This document shows positions 24,455-34,913 of a DNA stretch of 53,017 nucleotides, piece by piece. Both the position numbers and the translations under genes were made by a program. Positions within the stretch are counted from its first letter, which is position 1; the number at the start of each line of letters is the position of its first letter. Source of the stretch: Prochlorococcus sp. AG-679-P15 (GTDB taxonomy: Bacteria; Cyanobacteriota; Cyanobacteriia; PCC-6307; Cyanobiaceae); the NCBI GenBank assembly GCA_003210695.1, contig QCUW01000001.1, positions 1 to 53,017 on the forward strand, written 5' to 3'. The notes under the pieces are model-generated. The model worked only from the letters and a program-made list of their open reading frames with translations. It was not told the DNA's origin and made no database searches.

Positions 24455-25567
24455 TTAATAATTCTTTTTATAAAAAGACCTTTTTGTTATAACCCCTTTG
24501 AATTTCTTGCCTCTTATTAGTATTTGAACTTCGTTATTTATTAAGGCATGCGAAGTATTGATGTATGCAAAAGCTATAGCTTGTTGTTTAGTTGGAGACC
24601 AACTACCGCTAGTGATAGTTCCAATATTTTCTTCATCTTTAAGTACTGCGCAACCTTTTCTTCCTATTGCTTTACCTTCTATAGAGAGTCCGACTAACTT
24701 TTTCTGAATACCTATTCTTGACTGCTCTTCAAGAAATCTTCTGCCAAAGAATTCGTGATTATTTTCTAGATTTACTAGCCAGCCTAAACCTGCTTCATAT
24801 GGAGAAGTTTCTTCATTAATGTCCTGGCCATAAAGATGCATGCCTGCTTCAAGTCTAAGAGTATCTCTAGCTCCTAAACCACAAGGTGCAACATTTTTGG
24901 AAATTGAGAAATCCCATAAATTAATTGCTGCTTTTTTAGATAAAAGTATTTCTAGACCATTTTCCCCGGTATATCCTGTCTTGGAAACGAAGATTTTTTC
25001 TTTAGGAGAAATATGTTCAAAAATTTTATATTCGCATCCAAAGTTAGGGATATGTGAGATCGATGATTCAATCCATTCTTCAAATAAATCGAATGAGTTT
25101 TCCCCCTGTAGTGCTAAAAGTACTTTGTCTTTTTTAAAGTTTGTTATCGAAATTTCATATTTATTTGAATTATTTTTTATCCACTGAAAATCTACTTCAT
25201 ATCTACTTGCATTAACTATTAATAATACTTCTGATAAGTCATTGTCTTGTATACCAAGGTCATAAATTATTAAGTCATCTATTATTCCTCCTTTTTCATT
25301 GAGCATTACTGTGTAAAGCCCCTGACCTTCAGAAAAGGAATATAAATTAGTAGGAAAAAATTTTTGAATATAATCTTTTGGATTGATTCCCTTAATAGAG
25401 ATTACACCCATGTGAGAAATATCAAACAATCCTGCTGAAGATCTAACTGATTCATGCTCTTTGATTAATCCTGAAAATGATATGGGCATTTCCCAACCTG
25501 CAAAATCCACTAATTTTGCATTGGATTGAATATATTTTGAATACAAAGGACTTTTAAGCAAATCCAT
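24455..25567 (-). CDS. gcvT: Glycine cleavage system T protein
   Basis: [35 protein letters not shown]. Confidence 0.96.
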   Translation of the reverse strand: MDLLKSPLYSKYIQSNAKLVDFAGWEMPISFSGLIKEHESVRSSAGLFDISHMGVISIKGINPKDYIQKFFPTNLYSFSEGQGLYTVMLNEKGGIIDDLIIYDLGIQDNDLSEVLLIVNASRYEVDFQWIKNNSNKYEISITNFKKDKVLLALQGENSFDLFEEWIESSISHIPNFGCEYKIFEHISPKEKIFVSKTGYTGENGLEILLSKKAAINLWDFSISKNVAPCGLGARDTLRLEAGMHLYGQDINEETSPYEAGLGWLVNLENNHEFFGRRFLEEQSRIGIQKKLVGLSIEGKAIGRKGCAVLKDEENIGTITSGSWSPTKQQAIAFAYINTSHALINNEVQILIRGKKFKGVITKRSFYKKNY

Positions 25568-25617
25568 GAAATATTTAATTTTAATTTAGTATTTTTATAC
25601 TTTAGTTTAGAAATTTT

Positions 25618-26499
25618 TTATTGCATATTTTCTAATGACAAAATTAAGCTTCTAAGTACTTTGGCTGCAACTATGCTACTAACTCCGCTTTTATCAATTT
25701 CTGGAGATAATTCCACAATATCTGAAGCCACAATTCTGAAGTCTTTTAAAGTTTTGAGGATTTCTTCAAAATCATTCCAAAAAAATCCTCCTGGTTCTGG
25801 AGTCCCCGTCCCTGCTAATAAACTGGGATCAAACCAATCTAAATCTATTGTTAAATAGATTGGAGACTTAGAGTATGGTAAAAGGGCTTGTTTTAATTCT
25901 TGGGCATTTCCGCCTGGATAAAAGTTAACTAATTGATTGTTATTATGCATAATTTGAAATTCTTCTTTTGTCCCACTTCTTATTCCTACTTGCAAAATTT
26001 TCTTTTTAGGCAGTACCTCTAAGCATCTTCTCATGGCACAAGCATGATTATGTTTATTTCCAATATATGATTCTCTCAAGTCTGCATGAGCATCAAGTTG
26101 AACCAATATCAAATCTGGATATTTTTTTACTAATGCTTCAATAGCACCTCTGGTAATAGAGTGTTCACCTCCAAGCATAATAGGACTAAGGCGTTTATTA
26201 ATTAAAAAATTTGTTGCTGATTTAACCGATTCAATAACAGACTTTGAGTCATTTTTATCAATAAGTATTGACCCAAAATCAACATACATAATATCCTCTA
26301 AGTCTTTATTTAGTTGTGGACAATATGTTTCTAAACAAGAACTTACTTGTCTTATCGCTTCTGGGCCAAATCTAGCTCCTGGTTTAAAGGAACATGTACC
26401 ATCATAATTAACTCCAAATATACCAATTGAGCAATCATTTGGGTTTCTTTTTGCTCCCATAAAAATCGCATTTTCGTTATCAAATAAATTGTTTATCAT
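25618..26499 (-). CDS. speB: Agmatinase
   Basis: PGARFGP, GGEHSIT, DAHADL, DLDWFDP, GTGTPEPGG. Confidence 0.93.
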   Translation of the reverse strand: MINNLFDNENAIFMGAKRNPNDCSIGIFGVNYDGTCSFKPGARFGPEAIRQVSSCLETYCPQLNKDLEDIMYVDFGSILIDKNDSKSVIESVKSATNFLINKRLSPIMLGGEHSITRGAIEALVKKYPDLILVQLDAHADLRESYIGNKHNHACAMRRCLEVLPKKKILQVGIRSGTKEEFQIMHNNNQLVNFYPGGNAQELKQALLPYSKSPIYLTIDLDWFDPSLLAGTGTPEPGGFFWNDFEEILKTLKDFRIVASDIVELSPEIDKSGVSSIVAAKVLRSLILSLENMQ

Positions 26500-26500
26500 T

Positions 26501-27352
26501 CTATGAATTGAGTTCTTTTACAATTTTATTTGGCATCATTTTGAATGCTGCATTTTGAAAATTTAAGTTCCAAATTTCGCAACCTTTTTCTATTTTTAAA
26601 GCTTCATTACAATTTTGCTTTGATAAATTTAGATTTTCTCTAGAAGCGAATGTCCAACTCCAAATCCCGCTTGGATATATAGGCACAAAAGAATACATAG
26701 TTTCAGATACTCTAAATATTTTTTTAAGGGTTTTCAAAATACTTATGTGAATATTTTTGAAGGATTCAGGCGATTCACTTTGCGTTGCTAATATGCCTTT
26801 TTTTGTAAGTATTCTTTTACATTCTCTATAAAATGTATCTGAAAATAATAAATTTGAAAATTCTGAGGGATCTGAACAATCTATAAATATAACGTCGTAG
26901 AAATTATCTCTTGTCTTTTTGACCCATTTAACACCATCATCAATATGTATTTTTAATCTTTTGTCATTCCATGCTTTGCCTCCAATGTCTTTTAAAAAAT
27001 TTTTAGATATTTTGATTACTTCCTCATCAATTTCTACCAAATCAATTTTTAATATTTGAGAGTATTTAACGCATTCTCTTGCAGTACCGCCGTCACCTCC
27101 ACCAATAATTAGTACATTAGATTTTTCTTCAATGCTACTTAATGCTGGGTGTACTAGACATTCATGATAATATTTCTCGTCCTTTAATGATGTCATCCAA
27201 CAACCATCTAGCATTAAAGCTCTACCATAATATTCATTTTCAATAACAACAATTTCTTGATATTTAGAGTTTTTTTTAATTAAAATTTTCCCATTTAAAC
27301 CGAATCTTGATCCTTTATGATATTCGTCTATCCATTGGTTACTATAAGTCAT
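26501..27352 (-). CDS. speE: Spermidine synthase / polyamine aminopropyltransferase
   Basis: LMLDG, YHECLVHP, GGGDGG, VEID, DCSDP. Confidence 0.94.
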   Translation of the reverse strand: MTYSNQWIDEYHKGSRFGLNGKILIKKNSKYQEIVVIENEYYGRALMLDGCWMTSLKDEKYYHECLVHPALSSIEEKSNVLIIGGGDGGTARECVKYSQILKIDLVEIDEEVIKISKNFLKDIGGKAWNDKRLKIHIDDGVKWVKKTRDNFYDVIFIDCSDPSEFSNLLFSDTFYRECKRILTKKGILATQSESPESFKNIHISILKTLKKIFRVSETMYSFVPIYPSGIWSWTFASRENLNLSKQNCNEALKIEKGCEIWNLNFQNAAFKMMPNKIVKELNS

Positions 27353-27359
27353 TTCCTTT

Positions 27360-28205
27360 TTAAGAATTTTTTCTAATAAGTTTTTCCTTGGCTATTTGCC
27401 AAAGTCGTTGAAAATCTTTGGGAGTTTGTTTTCTAATATTATCTCCTGCATGTTGTTCAATGATTGAAAATCTGTCTAAAAATTTTTTATTAGTTCTTTG
27501 AAGAGCTGATTCAGGATTTATTTTTAAAAAGTTTGAGAGATTAAGAAGGGTAAAGTAAATATCCCCAAATTCAATTTTTATCTCAGAATCATTTTTACTT
27601 TTAATTGCTTCTTTTAATTCATTAATTTCTTCTTCTAACTTTTCAAAAATCTGATCAGTACTTTCCCATTTAAAACCATAGTCCTTAACAACATTTGTGA
27701 TTTTATCTGTACTAACAGTTGGCGGTAAATTTTTAATTTTCAAATTTAAATTTCTACTAATTGATTCTTCCATTAGAGGTACTTCTTTGTCTGCATTTTT
27801 AATATTTTCCCAAATCTGTTGTGATTTTTGTAGAGATACTTTTTCTTTTTTGTTAAAAATATATGGATGTCTATTAATAATTTTCTTGTTTAGATTTTTT
27901 ATAACATCATTTAGTTCAAATTCTTTTTTTTCGTATCCAATTTCAGCATGAAGCATTACTTGTAATAAAAGATCTCCTAACTCTTCACATATGTTATCTG
28001 CATTTTTTTCATATATCGCATCTATAAATTCACTACTTTCTTCATGTAAAAATGGGATCAAAGATATATGAGACTGTATTTTCTGCCATGGGCATCCCCA
28101 AGTTTTATCTTTTAATGATTTGACATTAGATATTAAGCTTTTAAAACTCTCCATAGTTTCTAAATCGGATTTTTTGGGCAATTTATATTTATTGTTTGGT
28201 GACAT
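27360..28205 (-). CDS. mazG: Nucleoside triphosphate pyrophosphohydrolase MazG (tandem domain)
   Basis: GCPW, EE..E, EELGDLLLQV, RHPYIF; second domain EEINE..EFGD..PE.AL..KF..RF. Confidence 0.93.
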   Translation of the reverse strand: MSPNNKYKLPKKSDLETMESFKSLISNVKSLKDKTWGCPWQKIQSHISLIPFLHEESSEFIDAIYEKNADNICEELGDLLLQVMLHAEIGYEKKEFELNDVIKNLNKKIINRHPYIFNKKEKVSLQKSQQIWENIKNADKEVPLMEESISRNLNLKIKNLPPTVSTDKITNVVKDYGFKWESTDQIFEKLEEEINELKEAIKSKNDSEIKIEFGDIYFTLLNLSNFLKINPESALQRTNKKFLDRFSIIEQHAGDNIRKQTPKDFQRLWQIAKEKLIRKNS

Positions 28206-28304
28206 AGGATATTTTTTTATTAATTCAATTTTGCCTTAATCATGAAATATTTAAATACTTATTATAAATATTTCAACTTGATCTATTAGAATGATTTATT
28301 ATAA

Positions 28305-28376
<72 letters not shown>

Positions 28377-28391
28377 TTTATCATTTTTCTT

Positions 28392-28733
28392 ATGACTGAG
28401 ATAGTTAATCTTTCAATCAGTCAAAGCGCTGCTTCAGAATTATCTAGGCAAGCTTCTTTTGGAGGTTCTCCTGGAGAAATGTCAATTGATTTGGTTGAGG
28501 ATAAAAACTGTTCCGAAGGATGGATGCATATTAAATTAAAGCCTGGTACATGTAATGGATCCCCTATCTCAAGATCAGAAGGAGTAACTTTATATGCGGA
28601 TGTAAAAAAGTTTAATTTACTGAAAGATTTAAAATTAGATTATTACGGTGATTTAAGCGGTGGTGGATTTCTTATTTCAACACCAAAAAATGCAAAACGT
28701 TGTTCCTGCGGTTCTGGCTTCAAACTTTTGTAG
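28392..28733 (+). CDS. HesB/IscA-like (A-type carrier fold) protein
   Basis: ISQSAA start, LDY..DL.GGGF..PNA..CSCGSGF. ATG at 28392; the 28347 start lies inside the tRNA. Confidence 0.75.
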   Translation: MTEIVNLSISQSAASELSRQASFGGSPGEMSIDLVEDKNCSEGWMHIKLKPGTCNGSPISRSEGVTLYADVKKFNLLKDLKLDYYGDLSGGGFLISTPKNAKRCSCGSGFKLL

Positions 28734-28830
28734 AATGAATTTGTTTTTTTTGCAAACTAATATTATTTGCATTAATTGGCTGCTATCAAGATAAAATAAA
28801 CAAAAAGATTCTTGAAATAAAAATTTGCAT

Positions 28831-31593
28831 ATGACAGAGATGAATGATCAATTATCTTTAGAGAATTATTCACCTTTTGAAGTAGAGAAAAAGTGGCAAG
28901 AAAAATGGGAAAGTTTAAAGGCATTTAGTCCTAACCCTGAGGATGATGGGGAACCTTTTTGTATTGTTATTCCGCCACCAAATGTAACTGGATCTTTGCA
29001 TATGGGGCATGCATTTAATACCGCTTTGATAGATGTTGTAGTCCGTTTTCAAAGACTTTTAGGTAAGAATGTTTTGTGTTTACCAGGAACTGATCATGCT
29101 TCAATAGCTGTTCAAACTATTCTTGAAAAACAATTAAAAAGTGAAGGCAAAACAAGTGAGGATATTGGAAGAGATGAATTTCTTAAAAGAGCATGGAACT
29201 GGAAAGAACAAAGTGGTGGAAGAATAGTTTCTCAATTAAAGAGGATAGGATATTCAGTTGACTGGACTAGAGAAAGATTTACTCTGGATCAAAAATTAAA
29301 TGAGGCAGTTGTTGAGGCTTTTAATATTCTTTATAAAAAGAATTTAATTTATAGAGGTGAATATTTAGTTAATTGGTGTCCTGAGTCTCAATCTGCAGTA
29401 AGTGATCTTGAAGTTGAAATGCAAGAAGTAAATGGTCATTTATGGCATTTTAAATACCCTTTAATTTCTAAAAATGGTGAACAGTTAGATAAGTACTTAG
29501 AGGTCGCAACAACAAGACCAGAAACTCTTTTGGGTGATACTGCTGTTGCAGTTAATCCTGATGATGATAGATATAAAGAATTTATTGGTGTCAAAGTAAA
29601 AGTCCCTTTCGTTGATAGAGAAATACCTATTATCGCTGATTCACATGTCGATAAAGATTTTGGTACCGGATGTGTTAAGGTCACTCCAGCCCACGATCCA
29701 AATGATTTTGAAATAGGAAAAAGGCATAATTTAAGACAGATTAATGTAATGAATAAAGATGGAACTTTAAATATTAATGCAGGTAGATTTCAAAATTTAG
29801 ATAGATATGAGGCTAGAAAGAAAATTATCAAAGAATTGGATAACTTAGGCCTTTTAACAAAGATAGAGGATTATAAACATACCGTTCCTTTTTCTGATAG
29901 AGGTAAGGTGCCAATTGAACCTTTATTGTCAACACAATGGTTTTTGAAAATGGATGATATCTCTCAAGGATGTCTTAATGAAATTGATTCTAAAAAACCA
30001 TCGTTTATTCCGCAACGCTGGGAGAAAGTTTATAAGGATTGGTTAGAGAATATTAACGATTGGTGTATCAGTAGGCAATTATGGTGGGGGCACCAAATAC
30101 CAGCATGGTACGTTTTAGATGACTCTCAAGACTCAATAGAACAAAATACCCCATATGTCGTTGCAAGGAATGAAGAGGATGCCTTAATCAAAGCTAATAA
30201 AAAATTTGGATTTAATATTAAATTGGTTCGTGATAAAGATGTTTTGGATACTTGGTTTTCAAGTGGTTTATGGCCTTTCTCAACTCTTGGTTGGCCAAAT
30301 ACAAGTGATCCGGATTTTAAAAAATGGTATCCAAATAATGTTCTTGTTACTGGTTTCGATATTATTTTCTTCTGGGTGGCGAGAATGACAATGATGGGGA
30401 ATACTTTTACGAATAATATTCCTTTTAAGGATGTTTATATTCATGGTCTAGTTCGAGATGAAAAAAATAAAAAAATGAGTAAAAGTTCAAATAATGGTAT
30501 TGATCCAATACTATTAATTGATAAATATGGTTCTGATGCTTTGCGATTTGCTTTAATTCGAGAAGTTGCAGGCGCTGGACAAGATATCCGGCTAGATTTT
30601 GATCGAAAAAAAGATACATCTTCAACTGTTGAAGCTTCAAGAAATTTTGCGAATAAATTATGGAATGCAACTAAATTTGTATTAATTAATAAAACTTCTA
30701 ACAATAATTGTTCGCTTAATGAGAGTGATGAAACTTCTTTAGAGTTATGTGATAAGTGGATTTTATCGAAATTGAATCAGGTTAATACAAAGGTTGCTGC
30801 TTTGTTGAAAGAATATAAATTAGGAGAATCTGCGAAACTACTATATGAATTTACATGGAATGATTTTTGTGACTGGTATGTAGAATTTGCTAAACAAAGA
30901 TTTAATAATAAAGAAAACAAAAATAGAAAAATATCTGAAAAGGTTTTAATGAAAGTGCTTAATGATATTTTGGTGATGATTCATCCTTTTATGCCTCACA
31001 TTACTGAAGAACTTTGGCATGTACTGCAACTAAAACCAGATAAAGAATTATTATCTCTTCAAAAATGGCCAACCCAAGTAAATAAATTTGTTGATAATAA
31101 GCTTGATAATTCCTTTCATCAACTCTTTGAAATCATTAGATTGATTAGAAATTTAAGAGTTGAATTAGGCCTCAAGCCATCAGAAAAAGTTCCTGTTTAC
31201 TTAATTTCAGATAATGATGAATTGATTTATTTTTTAAAAATTTTAGTTGATGATATTCAAACCTTAACTAAATCTTCTGAAGTATTTATTTTTAAAACTA
31301 CTGCTGTTGATAAAAAAGAGTTTGCTAAATCTTTTTCTGGGATAATTAGTGATTTAGAGGTTTACTTACCTTTTAATGATTTTGTTAATATAGATGCATT
31401 AAAGGAAAGGTTAACCAAGGATTTAAAAAAGGTTACTATTGAATTAGATAATTTAAATAAGAGATTATCTAATAAAAATTTTGTTGATAAGGCTCCAAAA
31501 GATATTGTTGATGAATGTAGATTTAAATTAAACGAGGGTTCGTTACAAATGGAGAGCATTACAAAAAAACTTGAACTTTTGAATTGCGAATGA
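28831..31593 (+). CDS. valS: Valine--tRNA ligase
   Basis: PPPNVTGSLHMGH, WCISRQLWWGH, KMSKS, C-terminal coiled coil NKNFVDKAP. Confidence 0.99.
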   Translation: MTEMNDQLSLENYSPFEVEKKWQEKWESLKAFSPNPEDDGEPFCIVIPPPNVTGSLHMGHAFNTALIDVVVRFQRLLGKNVLCLPGTDHASIAVQTILEKQLKSEGKTSEDIGRDEFLKRAWNWKEQSGGRIVSQLKRIGYSVDWTRERFTLDQKLNEAVVEAFNILYKKNLIYRGEYLVNWCPESQSAVSDLEVEMQEVNGHLWHFKYPLISKNGEQLDKYLEVATTRPETLLGDTAVAVNPDDDRYKEFIGVKVKVPFVDREIPIIADSHVDKDFGTGCVKVTPAHDPNDFEIGKRHNLRQINVMNKDGTLNINAGRFQNLDRYEARKKIIKELDNLGLLTKIEDYKHTVPFSDRGKVPIEPLLSTQWFLKMDDISQGCLNEIDSKKPSFIPQRWEKVYKDWLENINDWCISRQLWWGHQIPAWYVLDDSQDSIEQNTPYVVARNEEDALIKANKKFGFNIKLVRDKDVLDTWFSSGLWPFSTLGWPNTSDPDFKKWYPNNVLVTGFDIIFFWVARMTMMGNTFTNNIPFKDVYIHGLVRDEKNKKMSKSSNNGIDPILLIDKYGSDALRFALIREVAGAGQDIRLDFDRKKDTSSTVEASRNFANKLWNATKFVLINKTSNNNCSLNESDETSLELCDKWILSKLNQVNTKVAALLKEYKLGESAKLLYEFTWNDFCDWYVEFAKQRFNNKENKNRKISEKVLMKVLNDILVMIHPFMPHITEELWHVLQLKPDKELLSLQKWPTQVNKFVDNKLDNSFHQLFEIIRLIRNLRVELGLKPSEKVPVYLISDNDELIYFLKILVDDIQTLTKSSEVFIFKTTAVDKKEFAKSFSGIISDLEVYLPFNDFVNIDALKERLTKDLKKVTIELDNLNKRLSNKNFVDKAPKDIVDECRFKLNEGSLQMESITKKLELLNCE

Positions 31594-32186
31594 ATATATT
31601 CTTAGAAAATATTTATAATTTGTCTTTTTTTTTTAATACTGGAATTGGTGTTTTTTCTTTTGTTTGCATTTATATTTTAATTGTTTTATTAATACTCCCA
31701 GCTTCTTGGTTATCTCTATTATCAGGTTTTTTATATGGTTCATATTTAGGATCAATTATCGTTTTCATTTCGGCTTCCATAGGAGCATCAGTTGCATTTT
31801 TTGTATCAAAAAGTTTTTTTGCAAAAAAGCTAAAAAATCTTTTTAGCCGTTATCCAAAATTAAGTGTTATGGAGAAAGTAGTAGAAAAAGGCGGACTTAA
31901 ATTAATTTTTTTAGCGAGATTATCGCCGATATTTCCTTTCAGTATTCTTAATTATTTTTATGGTTTGAATAATGTTAAATTTAGAGATTTCGCTCTTGGT
32001 CTTCTTGGAATAATTCCAGGAACTTTTCTTTATTGCTCAATAGGTAGTTTGGCAAAAAGTCTGCAGGAGTTAAAAAATGCGCAATCGCCAAATAATTTTT
32101 ATGTTTCTACCATTGGAGTTCTTTCAACGTTTTTAGTCGTATATTTCTTAGCTAAATACTCTAAAGAATATTTTGAAAACTCATAA
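31590..32186 (+). CDS. TVP38/TMEM64 (DedA/SNARE-associated) membrane protein
   Basis: SGFLYG..G, ARLSPIFPF..NY..GL, GIIPG; ATGA overlap with the valS stop. Confidence 0.88.
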   Translation: MNIFLENIYNLSFFFNTGIGVFSFVCIYILIVLLILPASWLSLLSGFLYGSYLGSIIVFISASIGASVAFFVSKSFFAKKLKNLFSRYPKLSVMEKVVEKGGLKLIFLARLSPIFPFSILNYFYGLNNVKFRDFALGLLGIIPGTFLYCSIGSLAKSLQELKNAQSPNNFYVSTIGVLSTFLVVYFLAKYSKEYFENS

Positions 32187-32190
32187 GAAT

Positions 32191-32343
32191 TTAATCTTTA
32201 ATATTCCAATCTCTAATAGATGCAATTAAAATAAACCACAAAAGCCTAAATTTACCTAGTAAAGTTTTGTTGGCTTCTAATTCGATATATTTTGCTTGTC
32301 CGCAGGGTGTTTTTATGTAGTTGAAAATTGCTTTGTTTGTCAT
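32191..32343 (-). CDS. Small hypothetical protein, 50 aa (MTNKAIFNYIKTPCGQAKYIELEANKTLLGKFRLLWFILIASIRDWNIKD), not in the ORF track
   Basis: Hand-translated ATG..TAA ORF that fills the gap downstream of the ligase; protein-like composition. Confidence 0.65.
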   Translation of the reverse strand: MTNKAIFNYIKTPCGQAKYIELEANKTLLGKFRLLWFILIASIRDWNIKD

Positions 32344-32459
32344 AAGTTTTACAAAAATTTCTAATAATTATATTTATATTTTACAGGCAAGATTTTAAGT
32401 TTTTTAATTAAAAACCACATTTTTCATTGACTACTTTGGTGAATATTATTTTTTAAAAT

Positions 32460-33788
32460 TTAAATTTTTTCTCCAGCTTTAAATCCCCTAAAGCATTTGA
32501 ATCTAGGAAACCTAAGACTAAAAGTCACCGCATCTTTGGATTTAGTTTTAGCATCAGCTCTGATTTCTACAAGTTGACCAATGAGATGATTACGTTTTGA
32601 CCAATATTCTTCACGTTGGATATCACTAAATCCACTTCCGCAACTAAGACTGTATTCATATCCATCATCTTCCCCTTCTACCAGTATTGCTCCCAGTCTT
32701 CCTTTATTACGACCTGTGCCTTCCTCAACCGACACAACTTTTAAAGTGACTTCAATGAAAGGTTTTGCTTTTAACCAACTATGTGTTCTTTTACATTCAT
32801 ACATAGCGTAAGGATCCTTAATCATTACTCCTTCATATCCACCCTCCACGGCAGATTTATTCAGCTCTACAAATCTTCTCTGTCCCTCAATGGTGTCAAG
32901 ATCTACATTTTCCCATTCAAGTGTTTGTATATGTTTTAGAAGCACAGAATGTTTTGCTACCCATTCCTTAACTAATAAGCTTCTTGTTGTTTGAATAGTG
33001 TTCCATCTACCTTGTTGGAAGTTTTCAAGGGGACATAAGTCAAATAGATGGAGAACTGCGTCTTTAGTTTGTTTGCCATCTTTTCTATGTACCTGTTTCA
33101 TTAAATCCTGAAAGTTAGCGCTCATTACTTCACCATCTAGGACTAATTCATAAGGTGCAGGATCTTCTTTTAAGACTTTTTCTATTTCTGAGATAATATG
33201 ACCAAAATTATGGAATTGTTTCCCATTACGAGAAAACATTTCTACTTTATTTTGTCTAATAATAGTTAAGACGCGTACACCATCTAATTTGATTTCAATT
33301 TGCTTTTTTCCTATCATTTTTTTTTCATGATTTGCACTGTCATGAGCTAAAGGACAAGAAAAAATAGGAATCGCATATTTGGGAAATTTCTTTGCTATCT
33401 TGTTTATTGTTTTTTCAGATACACCACATCTAAGATCTTTAATTAAAACTCGTCTATAAAATCCATTCCACTCTTCTTTTGTTGCAGATTCCATAGCCGT
33501 AAGAATTGCATCACGAGCAGCGTGACCAGTAAGTTCTCTTTGAATAAGCTTTTTGGCTAATTCTTTAAAATCTTTCCATAAAAAATTTTGACTTTTTTCA
33601 TTCTCTTTTTCAGGAACAATTTTTACACCAAAAGTTACCAATGGATCAAGTGCCATGCTGATTCCTTCAAAAAAATCATCTAGACCTTCTTGCATTGCTT
33701 CAGAGATGATTTTTTCTTTATCTAATCTACTTGGGTGTAATTCTAATTGATGTATTATTTCTTCTTTAAACAATTCTTTTTGCCTCAC
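32460..33788 (-). CDS. ATP-dependent DNA ligase
   Basis: Motif I EIKLDGVR, III LDGEV, IIIa FDL, IV EGVMIK, V WLKAK, VI SLRFPRF; N-terminal DNA-binding domain. Start may be the TTG at 33773. Confidence 0.95.
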   Translation of the reverse strand: MRQKELFKEEIIHQLELHPSRLDKEKIISEAMQEGLDDFFEGISMALDPLVTFGVKIVPEKENEKSQNFLWKDFKELAKKLIQRELTGHAARDAILTAMESATKEEWNGFYRRVLIKDLRCGVSEKTINKIAKKFPKYAIPIFSCPLAHDSANHEKKMIGKKQIEIKLDGVRVLTIIRQNKVEMFSRNGKQFHNFGHIISEIEKVLKEDPAPYELVLDGEVMSANFQDLMKQVHRKDGKQTKDAVLHLFDLCPLENFQQGRWNTIQTTRSLLVKEWVAKHSVLLKHIQTLEWENVDLDTIEGQRRFVELNKSAVEGGYEGVMIKDPYAMYECKRTHSWLKAKPFIEVTLKVVSVEEGTGRNKGRLGAILVEGEDDGYEYSLSCGSGFSDIQREEYWSKRNHLIGQLVEIRADAKTKSKDAVTFSLRFPRFKCFRGFKAGEKI

Positions 33789-33797
33789 AAGAAATTA

Positions 33798-34217
33798 TTA
33801 ATTCACTTTAGCTATTCTGTCTATTTTCCAGTCATTGTCAGTTTTTGCGAAAGTAAAATCTAATGGTAGCTCATCTTGTTTGTCTTCTGATTTTAAATTT
33901 AAAGTTATTATGATTTGATCCTCTTGGACTCTAGGTCTTCCTGATTTTAAATTTCTGTATTTATTGAGGTTTAAACTAGCTAAGAATTTAAGAAAGTCTT
34001 GGCGCTTAACATGAGTTTTATAAGTTTTTGTAGTCAAACCATAAGCTGCATCAATTCTGCCAGCAGCTATTTGATCAAAAAACTTTCTTACTAATGGATT
34101 AATTCCTCTGGCGCTTATAACTAATTTGACTGCATTAAAAGTCCAAAAAGAAACTAGTACCGCTCCGCCAACTAATAATGCTTTAATGCCGATATCTTTA
34201 ACTAGTGCTGCATCCAT
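33798..34217 (-). CDS. Hypothetical membrane-anchored protein (NTF2-like / DUF4864-like domain suspected)
   Basis: N-terminal hydrophobic helix, FF..I..G..DAAY.L.T, terminal DWKIDRI. Confidence 0.7.
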   Translation of the reverse strand: MDAALVKDIGIKALLVGGAVLVSFWTFNAVKLVISARGINPLVRKFFDQIAAGRIDAAYGLTTKTYKTHVKRQDFLKFLASLNLNKYRNLKSGRPRVQEDQIIITLNLKSEDKQDELPLDFTFAKTDNDWKIDRIAKVN

Positions 34218-34302
34218 GTTGATTTAAGTTTTTTATTACTTTAAGAAAAGAAATCGTTTTTGATGGCTTTTTTTGTCAAAATAATACTAATTTTAATCCA
34301 TA

Positions 34303-34830
34303 ATGCCTGTAATTCCTCTTTTACCTTTATTTCATAGATTTAATAGCCAATATTTTGAAAATTCTTTAGCGGTTAATAATCAACCTTTAGTAAAAGTTAG
34401 ATGGAGTGATAATAGATTAAAAACTACTGCTGGTTTTTATAAAAGAAAACGAATTAATGGTCATTTAGATTCTGAAATTATCTTATCGAAACCTATTTTG
34501 AGTAAATTATCAACTAGTGAAATAAATAGTACTTTATGTCATGAAATGATTCATGCATGGGTAGATAGGATATTAAAAAAAAATGAGATACATGGCCCAA
34601 ATTTCTTAGAAAAGATGAATGAAATTAATGAAAAAGAGAAGAATTTTCAAATTTCTGTAAGGCACTCATTTCCTATTGAAAGGAGGGAATTAAAATATAT
34701 AGGAACTTGTCAAAATTGTGGTGAAAAATTTTTCTATAGGAAAAGAATAAAGAATATTGCTTGTAAAAAATGTTGTGTAAATTTCTTTAATGGATCATGG
34801 AATAAAAACTGTTTAATTTTGTTTGATTAA
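34303..34830 (+). CDS. SprT-like zinc metalloprotease with C-terminal zinc ribbon
   Basis: W..RLKTTAG, TLCHEMIH, HGPNF, CQNC..CKKC. Confidence 0.88.
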   Translation: MPVIPLLPLFHRFNSQYFENSLAVNNQPLVKVRWSDNRLKTTAGFYKRKRINGHLDSEIILSKPILSKLSTSEINSTLCHEMIHAWVDRILKKNEIHGPNFLEKMNEINEKEKNFQISVRHSFPIERRELKYIGTCQNCGEKFFYRKRIKNIACKKCCVNFFNGSWNKNCLILFD

Positions 34831-34913
34831 AAATATAAGATGTGTTTTTGTTTCTATATTTGGAATTATTTATTTTTTTAATGTAATTTATATTTTAAAA
34901 AGCATAATAATTT

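Noticed and set aside
27360-28205. mazG as part of a toxin-antitoxin or anti-phage locus
   Set aside because: Tandem-domain housekeeping type with no mazEF or defence neighbours.
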